A stretch of 64,000 nt of DNA from Elsinoe ampelina (taxonomy: Eukaryota): the NCBI GenBank assembly GCA_010093995.1, contig ML992504.1, positions 1,663,394-1,727,393 of the forward strand, given 5' to 3'. Below the pieces are notes generated by a model that saw only the letters and a program-made list of their open reading frames with translations, made no database searches and was not told where the DNA came from. A program made the translations under genes and the position numbers. Positions within the stretch are counted from its first letter, which is position 1. Each line of letters opens with the position of its first letter. Below are positions 11,841-23,435 of the stretch, one piece after another.

Positions 11841-13349
11841 ATGGCGCACAGGAGAACCATTTTACAGATTGTATCAGGGTCCGAGGATGCTCACAACGCA
11901 CTCTGGCTGAACCAGACACACGAGCAGCGAGATGGAATGATCCAGCTCTCCTTTGAGTCTTTCGCTGAGGACGGCATCTTTCAAATTGGCAATTCTCTGG
12001 CTTCCGACATTGCCGTTGCTGGCGAAGATGGAGACGTCACTGATCACCACATCCAAATCTCTATTCATCCTTCCACTGGTATGCTGCTGTTGAGAGAAGA
12101 GTCCATAGCAGGAAGCTGTGTCTCGCCTCTTGGTGGGCAGGATCGGGGTGAGGAGAGACTGAAGTTCCGCCATGCATTCATCCCGATCCTACAGCCTCTG
12201 ACAATCACTTTTGGGAACAAGGATCGCTTGCAGTTCCATCTTCTACCAACTCAATTCCGCGCCGGTGCTGATGCTTGGGATGAGCCATTCCGCGAGCTAT
12301 ATCTGCCTGCCCATGGACTGGACCCCACCACGACATCCTACCAGGGTTCCAACTGTCGCTCAGCAATACCACTCCACACGGCGCATCACGAATTTGTCAT
12401 TCTGCAAGTGATCGGTCAGGCCTCAACAGGAACCACAAGGCTATGCATGAGGATGGCCGATGGCTGTCTGTTCGTCATCAAGGCACAGACCGACGAGTAC
12501 GAAATGATTGCTCACCGCAACATGTGGCATGTGAGTAGCCCTGGTAGTTTCGATGCAGCTCACTGACGGACGACGCAGCCAAATATCGTCGATCTGATTG
12601 AGGAGATTGTCCCTGGCGAAGACTCGTTCTCGATTATCGAGTACGCTCCGCACAGGTCTCTCGACGGACTGCTGAAGGAACAAGCAGGTGTTCCCCTTTC
12701 CAGAGATGTACTCTTCACGATCGCTTCTCAGATTCTCTCGGCTTTGTCCTACATGCATGAGCGTGACTGGATCTATCACAATGCTTGTCCGTCCAACACG
12801 CTGATCTTCAGCTACTCGCCTCCTCTGGTCAAGTTGTGCGACTTTCAAAACACTGTCGACATCTCAGACGGCATTCCTCCTGACCGCGGCGGCTCTCCCG
12901 TTGGTTATACCGCCCCGGAGAGGATCGACAATCCTACTAGTAAAGTCGACATCTATTCGGTCGGAGTCATCATCTTAAACATGCTCGGACACTGGCCATG
13001 GATGGACACGGATCCTGCTCAGGAGATAGCGGCTGGCCGGGATCCGACACAGCTTAACATGCCTGTCCTTGATGCCACGGAACTCAACGAGTATGGTGAT
13101 GCTGGGTTCGTCCGTCTACTTGAGGCAATGCTCGAACACGATCCCAATTTGCGGCCGGATGCGGACCAGTGTCTGGAAGCTCTTGCCGAGCTGGACAAGC
13201 ACCTTAAATCACCCCAACGTATGCGTTCCTGGATTCGCAGAGTGGACGCCAGCATTGCCACTATCCTGCAACCAAAGTCAGTACCAGAACCTGTCAGAGG
13301 TCGCCCCGGTTCACGCAGGACTCGCCAAGCTACCAGCGAGAGTTCATGA
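11841..13349 (+). CDS. FHA-like plus protein-kinase-fold protein, probable pseudokinase (2 exons)
   Basis: Intron 12531-12578; FVIK, HPNIV, GYTAPE and DIYSVG are present, but the catalytic loop reads YHNACPSN and DFG reads DFQ. Confidence 0.8.
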
Positions 13350-13498
13350 GGTGTGCTTGCTTCGGAATGTTTGCCTCCACATCCGGCCGAGCAAATAAAT
13401 GCTACATTCCTCACGACAAACATCCCACCTTCCAACTCCATATCAACGACATAGACTTCCTCCACAAATGCAAATCTTCCCCATCCACTCACTTCAGC

Positions 13499-14027
13499 AT
13501 GGCCAACACCCGCCCTTCCACTCGCTCACGCCACACCTCCCCTCAACCCGCCACCCTCTTCGCCCCCCGCTCACCTTCTCGCTCCAGCCGCTCTCGCAGC
13601 CGCCCCGTCATCCCTTCCCACGCAGGCGACGACTCCCGCTCAGGTCGTTCTCGCGACCGCCGCTCCTCAAGCCAGCAATCCCCTCGTCGCATCCAGAGGC
13701 AGGGGTCATCCAGTCGCCTGTTCGATGGCCCCAGATCACCAAGTCGCAGTCCAACTAAGAAGAAGCCTGGGTTCGTTACACGGAAGGGAAGCGGCAAGGC
13801 TGGCGATGGGTCAGGGTTTGATAGGTTTCCGTTGTTGTTCCCGCCCAGAGGACCGAGGGTGGGGAGGCAGTTGAAGGTATGTTGTGCTTGGTCTGGGAGA
13901 GGATGGTGCTGATGTCTTGCAGGTCGCGGAGGAGGAAGGTCAGGGGAGGATGTTCTCTTTCAGGTTCTTGAGGTCGGTGGTCGGGATTGGGTTGGTGTGT
14001 TGGGTGGTGGTGCGGGCTACTTCTTGA
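13499..14027 (+). CDS. Small Arg/Ser-rich protein with a C-terminal hydrophobic segment (possible tail anchor; 2 exons)
   Basis: ATG 13499; intron 13877-13922 (GTATGT...GCTGAT...CAG); exon 2 ends VGIGLVCWVVVRATS*. Confidence 0.5.
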
Positions 14028-17000
14028 GGCTGTTGTTGGAGGCTGTGGACACCTTCGTGGAGGATATTTGTAGCGTTCTCAAATTTGTTGCATCCTGTAT
14101 CTCCCATACTCTCCCGCTGCTGTCCCCGTCACATGCTATATCGTTGTTTGCTATTCTGTCGTGATCTCAACACTCTTGATATAGTTCCCCAGATTTGCTA
14201 CCATCTATCATTTGTCTTCACTATTCCGTTTGTGCTGCCCCCACGCTTCTCGTCGTCGCTTCCATGCCAAGGCTGGGTTCCTCCACCGTCGCTGCCCAAA
14301 ATTTATGATCACATGCCTGCCTCATGTCAAACAAAAACACATACTCACACTTGGACACATCTTAGAACACCCATCACTTCAATCACTTACAACTTCACCA
14401 ATACTTATCCGAATCACTCCAAGCTTAGCTCAAAAGATAGCCCTTGACCTGTGGAGTCAGGAAAGGGCAAAAGAAACGGGTCTTTCCGCGAATTGAACGC
14501 GGGACCTCACGCAGAATTGCTTAGTGTGCCCTAAGCTGTCTTACAGTCAGTATGGGTCTGTGGGGGCTTACAACCGGATGTCACGTACCGTGAATCATAC
14601 CACTAGACTGGTTTTGTTAGTGGATGTCCGTGGAGAGAGAGACAAGAGTGAATCTCACCCAAAAGACCGGCTTGTTGATGACGGCAGAGAGGTCAAAAAA
14701 TATATAATTCAAATTCAATACGTTACGACACACGCTTTGCATTGTAGCATGTATGACTCCCACGAGATTTCGATAAATCAGGATTTTGACATCTACGATT
14801 GGAATGATGATAGATTTGCTACACAACTTTGCTACAATTTTGGACTTCGCCATATTTCTGCACGCGAGGCAGGGCGTGCTGACCCATCTCCTTTCGACCG
14901 GACATGAGTCTACGTTCCTCATCGAGAGCATCTTTTCGAACGACCTCTTGTGGACTACATAATATCTGCTGATTCGGCATGGCTTGACATGGTCGAGTTC
15001 AGTGCAACTCTGATATCCGACTTTCCCACCTCTACACATCTTGAGACTTGTAGTCGGCCTTTCCGAGGAGACACCAGTGGCGTCTGGGGCAGCGTGACCC
15101 CATCGCATGACACATGTGGCCATAGTGGAAGTCAAGCACGTGGCAGTGGGCCAGTACCATTGTGGCGGGACTGTTCCAGCGCTCGCGGACTTCACATGTC
15201 ATGGAGAGGACCACTTGGCCATCCAGCCTGGAAACAACTGAGTGGGCTGGACGCGAGGGTACTTAAAGTATCTGGGCTTCACATGTGACATGTGACAGCC
15301 GGGATCCGCCTCACGGATGTATCAAGGGGCGAGAGCCAGTTGTCTTCCTCCGATGTACACATCACCTGTTCTAAGCACATCCACACCATGGACCAACCTG
15401 TGTGGTCATCGGCAACGGAGACTATACCCACAACTGAGGCGCATAATGTCAATCAGCCTCTGTGGCTATGGAGGAGCACACTGGGAGTTACGGGCCTGAT
15501 TTTCCAGCCAGCACAAGACGATTGTCTTTGAGCCTCTGGGTGAGACGTACGGGCCTTTCGATAGTAGGACGAATACCTTGATGATCGCACTGGTCTGCTT
15601 CGCTGAAAAAGTAACAACTCCTCGATGTGCATATCAGGCTTGAATACGGATTGCTCTCAGGTGGTCTCATCTCCGCCACTGGGTATGACATGTTGATGAC
15701 TCATTTCTATCATCGATGCACATACCATGCAATTTATGTAACTTGGCCGAGGGTCGGACCTTCAGCAGTTCCCTTGTATGGAAAACGGAGCGGGTCGATC
15801 TACTCTTTGGGCCGACCTTCTACTACGTCGTCACTACCCTCCTCAGCAGGCCTGTTCAACGCCAATCACCCCCTTCGTCAAAGAAGCTCTCCCTGACATG
15901 CTAGGGCTGGCTACTGACCTGGTCAACTTGAAACACCGAGTGCTTCTAGCCGTGTCGTTTTTAGTGGCCATGTCATCTGTCAGTCATTCGCACTGCTGGT
16001 GGAGAAACTGTGTTTACTGTCTCTGTCGTCAGTCCTGATCAACGCGGAAGCGGATACCCTATGTCTACCAGGCTTCACATTATCTCACAAAGGTCGGGAG
16101 TCACTGAAAGATTTGTTCGGTGGGGTTGAAGGTAAGTGGCGTTGTTTTATAGTCTGTCGCTCGGACTGCGCTCCTCATCCCATGCGAGAAGTAGATCGTC
16201 TGCAACGGGACGCCCGTCATCCCTTTCCTACATCGCACTTAGCCTCTTACTCCTTCTTGACGCTGCAGGCACATGAGCAGGCTTTCATCTGTGCCTCTTC
16301 GGAGCTTTGTGGCAAGGTTGTTTGACGCTGCGGGTTGTACTCGATCTGCACAGGACTGAAGCACTTGCACGAGTGTCGAATGTACATTTCAGCGCACAGA
16401 ACGAGATGCTATCTGAGACATACCTCCTTTGCTTTTCCCTGCCTAGAGCTGTCTTTCCCGCAGTTCGCTCGCTTTTGCGGATTTCCGATGGGACTTTGTG
16501 GGCCTTCCAGGTAGTCGTTGTTGACCTCGTGTCGGTAGGGACCGTAGCACTTGTTGGAACGTAAGATGTGCAGTCCGGTGCAGATGCTAGGTCGATGTCT
16601 GACATGTACTTTTTCTTTCTATTGCGCTTTATCTGAGCTCGCTGGAATGCGATGTCACTGCAGCTACGTTATATCAAGTCAGCGGGATAAGTAATGACAG
16701 TCCGCTAGATAACAAACCTTGTAACTGCAAGTGAGACCTGTAAATGATTTCCTATAGAATAGACATATCTTGGAGGTTCGACCCCATGCAAAGTGACTTG
16801 GATGCAAAGTGACTTGGATGCAAAGGGTTTGACTCGGGTGTGATGTAATGAAGCACCTGTTCAAGGTCGCTTCAGTAAAGGGCATCCCAGTGACTTCACA
16901 CACAGCATCGGTCTTTGAAGAGCGTTCTCGGCCAGGCTGGAGGAGGGCCATTCCATCGCTTTTATGAGCCGGCTACGATGAGGAGGCAGGAATGATGTGA

Positions 17001-17129
17001 GGCAACAAGATTGCGTTGGCATGCTGGACAGCCTACATAGTTCCCCCTCTTCTCTTAATTGATTACTAACTTCTTGTCACTGGTGCGAATCATTGGTGGT
17101 CCAGTCTGCTCAAGACCGCGGTCATCTCT

Positions 17130-18059
17130 TCACCCAAGGTCTGGCTTTCGGGCAGACACTGCAACATATGTCCACAACTCCTGGCCCCAGTAAGCATAGA
17201 CCGCTCCTACGACATGCGGAAAATGGTCTTTCAATCCAAGCAGACTGATAACAAGATATGGAAGGTACGCCAGGGCGAAGACGAGCCTCAAAGTCGGCTT
17301 AACGTTCTTGGTGTAATCTCGAATCGTGACATCTTCGAAGCCGGCCTGCTTGAGTTGAGTTTCCATGACGCCAGGTTCCCAGGCGTCGCAAGCAGGCATG
17401 GCTGCGACAGCGTTGAACCTATACCACATTTTCAGAAGCTGCTCGGAATTCTGCCTCTTCTGCCCTTCATCCATCTTCCCAGCAGGCAGATACCATCTTC
17501 GTCGTCTTGCGAAAGCCTCCACGTAGTCACTCAGCTTGGACTTGTCCGCTGTGTTGTATTCGCTCATAGCTAGACGTCCCCCCGGCCTCAATACACGGAA
17601 TACCTCGTTGAATACTTGTTGCGGGTTGGGGGCGTGAACCACTGTCCCCATCGAGTAGGCCCCGTCCAGAGAAGAGTCCCGAAATTCGCGGAGATCTTGG
17701 AAATCGCCCTTTCGTACTCTGATCCTATCCTGCATTTTGCGCTTCTGAATGTATTTCCGTGCCTTGTCTAGATGGTGGTCAACAAGGTCAATGCCCTCGA
17801 CTTCAAAGCCTCTCTCCACTGCATGAGCTGCCACCCTGCCTGCGCCGCATCCCAAGTCCAGAACTCGTGAGCCGGCCGGTAGATTCAAAATTTCAAAGAG
17901 GCGATCTTCCAACTCCTTCAAAGACGGCTGTAAAGGTATTGCAATGCCCCTTCCAGTGGCAGAGTAACCAAAGTGGCGGGTCTCACGGAATAACACGCTG
18001 TAGCCAATCCGACTTTCTGCTTTTTCGAAGAGTCGCACAACAGGATTTGGCTTGTCCAT
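17130..18059 (-). CDS. Class I SAM-dependent methyltransferase (sterol-MT/RebM-like), paralog 1
   Basis: ESRIGY, ETRHFGY, VLDLGCGAG, FRVLRPGGRL. The real start is ATG 18059; the ORF-track start at 18170 lies inside a TIR. Confidence 0.9.
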   Translation of the reverse strand: MDKPNPVVRLFEKAESRIGYSVLFRETRHFGYSATGRGIAIPLQPSLKELEDRLFEILNLPAGSRVLDLGCGAGRVAAHAVERGFEVEGIDLVDHHLDKARKYIQKRKMQDRIRVRKGDFQDLREFRDSSLDGAYSMGTVVHAPNPQQVFNEVFRVLRPGGRLAMSEYNTADKSKLSDYVEAFARRRRWYLPAGKMDEGQKRQNSEQLLKMWYRFNAVAAMPACDAWEPGVMETQLKQAGFEDVTIRDYTKNVKPTLRLVFALAYLPYLVISLLGLKDHFPHVVGAVYAYWGQELWTYVAVSARKPDLG

Positions 18060-18157
18060 GATTATTTTTGACGATGGCGGTGCTGCGAGGATTGGATGCA
18101 CGATCCGAATGGTATTGATTTGCGGAGCAAAGGGGTTGGGGAGAGGCGACCATCGTA

Positions 18158-21100
18158 TTCTTGTTCTCAAAATTAGTGGGATTGCTTGGCAGAATTTCGC
18201 CGTGTTTACTACTAAAAATTGCCTCCACTACCTAGTCTTTTAGCCATTATAGCATTACAAGCTAATTGAAGCCTTATTTATTCACCGGTATAGCCTTTTA
18301 AGGTGTTGTTAAAATGTCTAACGCGTTAAATAGTCTAATAACGCACTTATAATTGCATAATAAGGCTATATATAGCTAGGAGGCTACCGAGGCTCTTAGT
18401 AATCTAGCACTACTATAGACTTAATACTACGCTACTAATCTAGCTACTAGTCCTTCTAGTATATTCTCTAGTAAGGTAGATAAGAATTCTACTAAGAGTA
18501 AGTTAGAAAATAAGGCTAATAAGGCTAATAACTTAGTAGAGGTAAATCGTAACCTAGTAAGGTTTCTATCTAAGGATACCTCCCCCCTCTTAGATATACT
18601 ATCTTTATAAGATCTTTCTTAATTTAACAATCTAGATAGCTAGCTATCTTCTCTAAGGTATATTTATTTTAAGGATACTTAATTCCCCTTACTACTACTA
18701 AGTTATTATTACTTAATATATTTAATGAAGGGAAAGAGTCCCTAGTACTTTTCCCCTAAGGTATTAGCTACTCCTTAACTCTATTAAGTACTCTTAAAGT
18801 TAACTATAGTTACTAAGTACTAGAAGGAGACTCTAGAAAGAGTTAATAAAGAGCCTTAACTACTTTTAAAGAGTACTTATAAAGTTTAGATTAAGTAAAG
18901 AGTATCTAAATAACTATCTCCTCCTACGCGGCTAAGTTAGCTAAGTAAATCTTAGTATACTTTCTCCTCTACTAAAACTAAGACTATTAATAAGCTAATA
19001 ACTAAAGGGGCTAGTAAGGCTAAAAAGAGGTCTACTATAAAGAAATTAGCTTTAAAGAACTCTATAGTAGTAAATACTACGCCGCTATAGAACTAGCTAC
19101 TAAAGTTTAAGTACCTTAGTAGGTCTCGGCCTTTACTAAAAGAGGTATCTCCTCTCCCTTTACCTTCTTAGCCCTTATAGCCTCTAGTTATATCTCTATT
19201 AGTCTACTAGTTAGTAGTGTTTAGCGCTATAACTACTTAGAGCGAGAGTTACGTCGTTACTACTAATAAGGATCTAGCTTAGCTTAAGGTTAATACTCTA
19301 ATAGTAGCTAAGGACTATACTATTAAGGCTCGATTAGGGAGAGTAGAGCAACTATAAAGAATAGCACGTTTAAGTACTACTAGTACTAAGCCTAGTAATA
19401 GTAGTAGCTAGAGTAAATTTAATACTAACTAGCACTAGTAAGTTACTATTAAAGTAGCTAAATTAGCTTATTTAAATAAGCAGCGCGATATAAGGCTATT
19501 AGTTACTAATTACTAGTTAAACTTAGAGCAAAATTTAGAAGTGCTACTCTCTATAAGCTTCTTCTTTAACCTAGCTACTAGACCTTTCCCTTTCTCTATT
19601 ATAACTAACACTAGTTAAAACAATACTAATCTTATAGATAATGCTTATTAGAGGTCCTACTTAGCCTATAAGTAATCTTAGCCTTATCTAATTATAACTA
19701 GTATTACTTTTCTTAAACTTAGTAATTTTTAGTAGGTAGTAAAAGAGGTATTTAGGTGTATCTCCTCCTATTATAAATATTAAAGAGAAGGCTACGGGTG
19801 CTTACTAGTTAGTAATAAGTATAAACTACTTAGCCTTAACGTAATCCGCGTCTAGTAATTAGAGATAAAGGCTAGCTATAGCTTAATTATAGATCCTCTA
19901 AGAGTAGTCTTTAATTACGTTATAAGGGAGACTATAAAGAGAGCTAAGAGGTTATATTAGCGTACTAACGCTATAATCTCTTTATTACTAAATTTGCCTT
20001 AGTTACTCTTTATAAATCCGGCCTTATAGTAGTACTTCTTATTTAGTAGTATACTACTAGTCTCTCTACTACTACTAATACTATAATTTAACTCCCCTTT
20101 ACCCCCCCTTAATAGCTTAGATAATGCTAGCTTACCTCTTCTAGCTATTACTAAGAATAATAAGTAGCTAGAGTAATTTATTAAGGTCCTTATCTAGAAG
20201 TAGCTAGTTACTAAGAATAACTTATAGCTTATCCTTATAAGCCTCTAGCGTAACTATTAGACTCTTCGGATGCTTAAATACTAGCTTAAGGGAATAATAA
20301 AAGAGGTAATACTATAGCTTAGCCTATAAAGGATAATTACTTAAGAGATAGAAAGATTTATTAATTTACTACTAATTACTACTCTTAATACTTTATATAA
20401 TCTAAATATAGATATATAGGCGTAATAAGAGGCTTTTTCTAATTAATTTTATATATATTTAATAAGGTCTTTCTAAATGTATATCTACCTTTTAGAAGAG
20501 GTTACGAAAATTAACTCTATAACTAAAGTCTAGGTAACTCCTCTATATAAAAGTATTAAATTTGACCTTATAGTCTTCCTCTCTATATTTTAGTACTAGA
20601 TAACGCTACTACCGTATATAACGCTTTAATAGATTAAATGTTAGCTTAATTAGATTAAAATCTAGTAAATAAGGTAGAAGCTAGAGAGGGACAACTCTAT
20701 AATAGTAGTAAATATCGATAATAGTCTAGAGAATAATATTAATTACGTAAGCTAGTACTACCTTTTTTAAATCTCTTATCTCCTTTCTATAAGTGCTATA
20801 ATTATCTATTACTAGCACTAACTATAGCGCTAAATAAGCATTTATCTATAGTATTAGAGTAATCTCTAACTACTTATTAAATACCTCTACTACTACCGAG
20901 CCTTAGATAAAGAGTAGATTAGCTATAGAGCTATCTATATATAGCGCTAGAAGTAGTAACTACTAAGTGCCCTTTATCTTCTACCGGATATCGATAGCTA
21001 GAGTACTAATAGGTAACTAGCTATAACGCCTCTAGAAGGTTTTACTATTTATATATAACTTATTAACGAATATAAGCTAATCTATATAATAGGCCTTAAT

Positions 21101-21758
21101 ACTCTCTCTCTAAGCTAAGTACTTTAACTTATTATAAGCGGTATAGATGTGCTATTTAACCTTTTATAACTACCTTACTAAGTGTAGATAATAGCTAATT
21201 AATAACTAAGTAATATTTACTCTCTAATAGATACTATAGTACTCTACTATCTTATCTAAGAAGAAGTTATACTTTAAGGCTAGTAGCTCTAGTAAGTCCT
21301 CTACTATAGCTAGTAATAGGAGGCGTAGTCTACCTTATCTATTATACTCTTTAAGCATCTCTAGCTAGCTATAAGCCTTAAAGTTTATCTACACTTAATA
21401 GATAGAGGAGTGCCTTTTCTTAAGGTAAGGGAGGAAAGTAAATACCTCTTTAGGCTTTATACCCTTAGTAAAGAAGTCTAGTAACGCTATATAGTTAGTA
21501 TCCTCGAGGCTATATATAACTATAAGGATTGTGCTAAGGCTATAGTAATTTATGCCGGAGGGCTATAAAGAGGTTAGTTTAAGCTAGAGAATAACAAGGA
21601 GCATTATATAACTCTATACTACTAATTACTACAGCTTTAATTTCGACAGTGACGACGTGATAGCAATAAAGGATAGATTAATAGGTGCAAAAAGCGGAGT
21701 TTAGTGAGAATTTACAAACAAAATTGCCAAGCAATCCCACTAATTTTGAGAACAAGAA
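18158..21758 (-). mobile_element. Complete RIP-inactivated Tc1/IS630-like DNA transposon, element A (3.6 kb): transposase on - strand ~21560-20490, second ORF relic on + strand
   Basis: Perfect 34-bp TIRs TTCTTGTTCTCAAAATTAGTGGGATTGCTTGGCA (18158-18191 / 21725-21758); TA on both flanks. De-RIP motifs QLIFVDES, SVLVMDNCSTH, LPPYSPDFNPIE. Confidence 0.92.
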
Positions 21759-22224
21759 TACTTGAGCAGTGCCTGCAGATGAGGCAGCGCTTGGAACCGC
21801 CCACGCCTGTGACGCAAGGTTATGCTTCGGATGCATTGGTGAAAATGATCGGCATGCTCCTTCACGAGTAGCTCATGGCCAGTGCAAGTGGCGCAGTCAT
21901 GCTCGAATTGGAACGACAAGAGATGTGATCTATGCCGCTTTTGCCCCACAAGGGAGCTGGGCAGCGCCTACAGAAACGTTGCGTCGCTCTCTCATTGGTT
22001 ATGCATCGAGCATGTTGCACCTGCCAATTCTTGCCTATAGGTGCTGCAACAGTTGACTCTGTGCAACATGGTAAGACGTACTGTTGGACCTGACAATCTC
22101 CATCAGTTGTTTCAAGCAGCGCCAGGTCTTTGCTGCGTCTCATTTTTAGGCGACTTTGGTCAGAAGACCTTCTCTGAATTCATATCTGAACGACCACTTG
22201 TGACATTGAGCTCCGACCGTAGAC

Positions 22225-23148
22225 TTAACAGTGGGCCGCATAGCGCTGAAGCGTTCCCAGCGAGCTTCGCTCTTCTACATCAGGCTTCCTTGCCGATACT
22301 ACCACGAATCTCCATAACCGCTTCTTGAATGCTCGCCAGCCCAGGACAGCTCCGACCGCGTTCGAAAAGTGATGCTTGAGACCAAGGGCGGAAATCACAA
22401 GGTATGGAAAGAATGCCAGAACGTAGAAGAACCGAAGCATAGGCCGAATATTGTCCGACCAATCTCTCACTTCGATATCAACGAATCCTGCTTCGGCGAG
22501 CATGTCTTCGATGACACCAGGAGCGAACATTTCGCACCCAGGCATCGAAGCATATTTGTTGAACTCTTCTAGGGGCGCCACGATCTGGGAGCTCTGTCCA
22601 AGCTTTCCAACATGATCATACTCAAACATGGCCAATCTGCCTCCGGGCTTGAGTACACGATAGAATTCTCGGAAAGCTTTGCGCGGATCTGTGGCGTGGA
22701 CAACCGTCTCCATCGAATAAACGCCATCCATGGACGCGGTGTTGATGATGCCCTCGAGCTGCTGATAGTTGCCGCTTTGGACGTGTATTCGATCCTCGAG
22801 GCCAGCGGCGGCAATGTTCAACCTGGCCTTTTCCAGATGATGATCGACCAAGTCTACACCATGCACTTGCAGACCTTTTCGGGCCAGATGAATGGCGACT
22901 TTAGCAGCTCCGCTTCCGGCATCAAGGACGTGGTCGTCTTTCTTCAGGTTCAGGATCGCCGCGAGCCGGTCTTCCATCGCCCGGAGTGGTCCATTGAAGG
23001 GAAACGGCCAGTAAGTGTCCTCCTCATAATAGCCAAAGTGGCGAGTCTCGCCCAATACGAGTTTGTACCCTATTCGAGACTCGTACGAGTTGTAGAGACG
23101 TATGAGTGGAGTGGGTTTCTCAATCAAATGTGTCTTATCATCCGCCAT
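22225..23148 (-). CDS. Class I SAM-dependent methyltransferase (sterol-MT/RebM-like), paralog 2, 307 aa
   Basis: YESRIGYKLVLGETRHFGYY, VLDAGSGA, YSMETVVHA, YRVLKPGGRLAMFEY; intact single exon. Confidence 0.93.
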   Translation of the reverse strand: MADDKTHLIEKPTPLIRLYNSYESRIGYKLVLGETRHFGYYEEDTYWPFPFNGPLRAMEDRLAAILNLKKDDHVLDAGSGAAKVAIHLARKGLQVHGVDLVDHHLEKARLNIAAAGLEDRIHVQSGNYQQLEGIINTASMDGVYSMETVVHATDPRKAFREFYRVLKPGGRLAMFEYDHVGKLGQSSQIVAPLEEFNKYASMPGCEMFAPGVIEDMLAEAGFVDIEVRDWSDNIRPMLRFFYVLAFFPYLVISALGLKHHFSNAVGAVLGWRAFKKRLWRFVVVSARKPDVEERSSLGTLQRYAAHC

Positions 23149-23435
23149 GTTTGAGCCGGGTGCGTTCTGTGATGTAGTCCCAAGCAGATCTCAACTTCGG
23201 AACAACAATGCAGAACGACTGGATTCGATGACTTGAAAACCTCAATGTTGATGGCAAATGACAAGATCTTGCGCCGACGTTTCTGACGCGGCCAACTTGC
23301 AGCTTGCCATGACAAGCATTGACTTGAGCTGCGGCCTTTATTGATTGCCCGCACCGCCCCCAGCGGCAAGACTCGGACGTGATTGGGCAGATTGTGCTTT
23401 GCCCAGCACTATTTTTCAGCTTTTGCTCGGGACTA

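Noticed and set aside
16247..16605. Possible small two-exon gene on the - strand (MSDIDLASAP..., GTATGT donor at 16423)
   Set aside because: Weak branch site, no recognisable motif; cannot be supported without RNA data.
16786..16824. 16-bp tandem duplication ATGCAAAGTGACTTGG
   Set aside because: Simple slippage duplication with no further structure.
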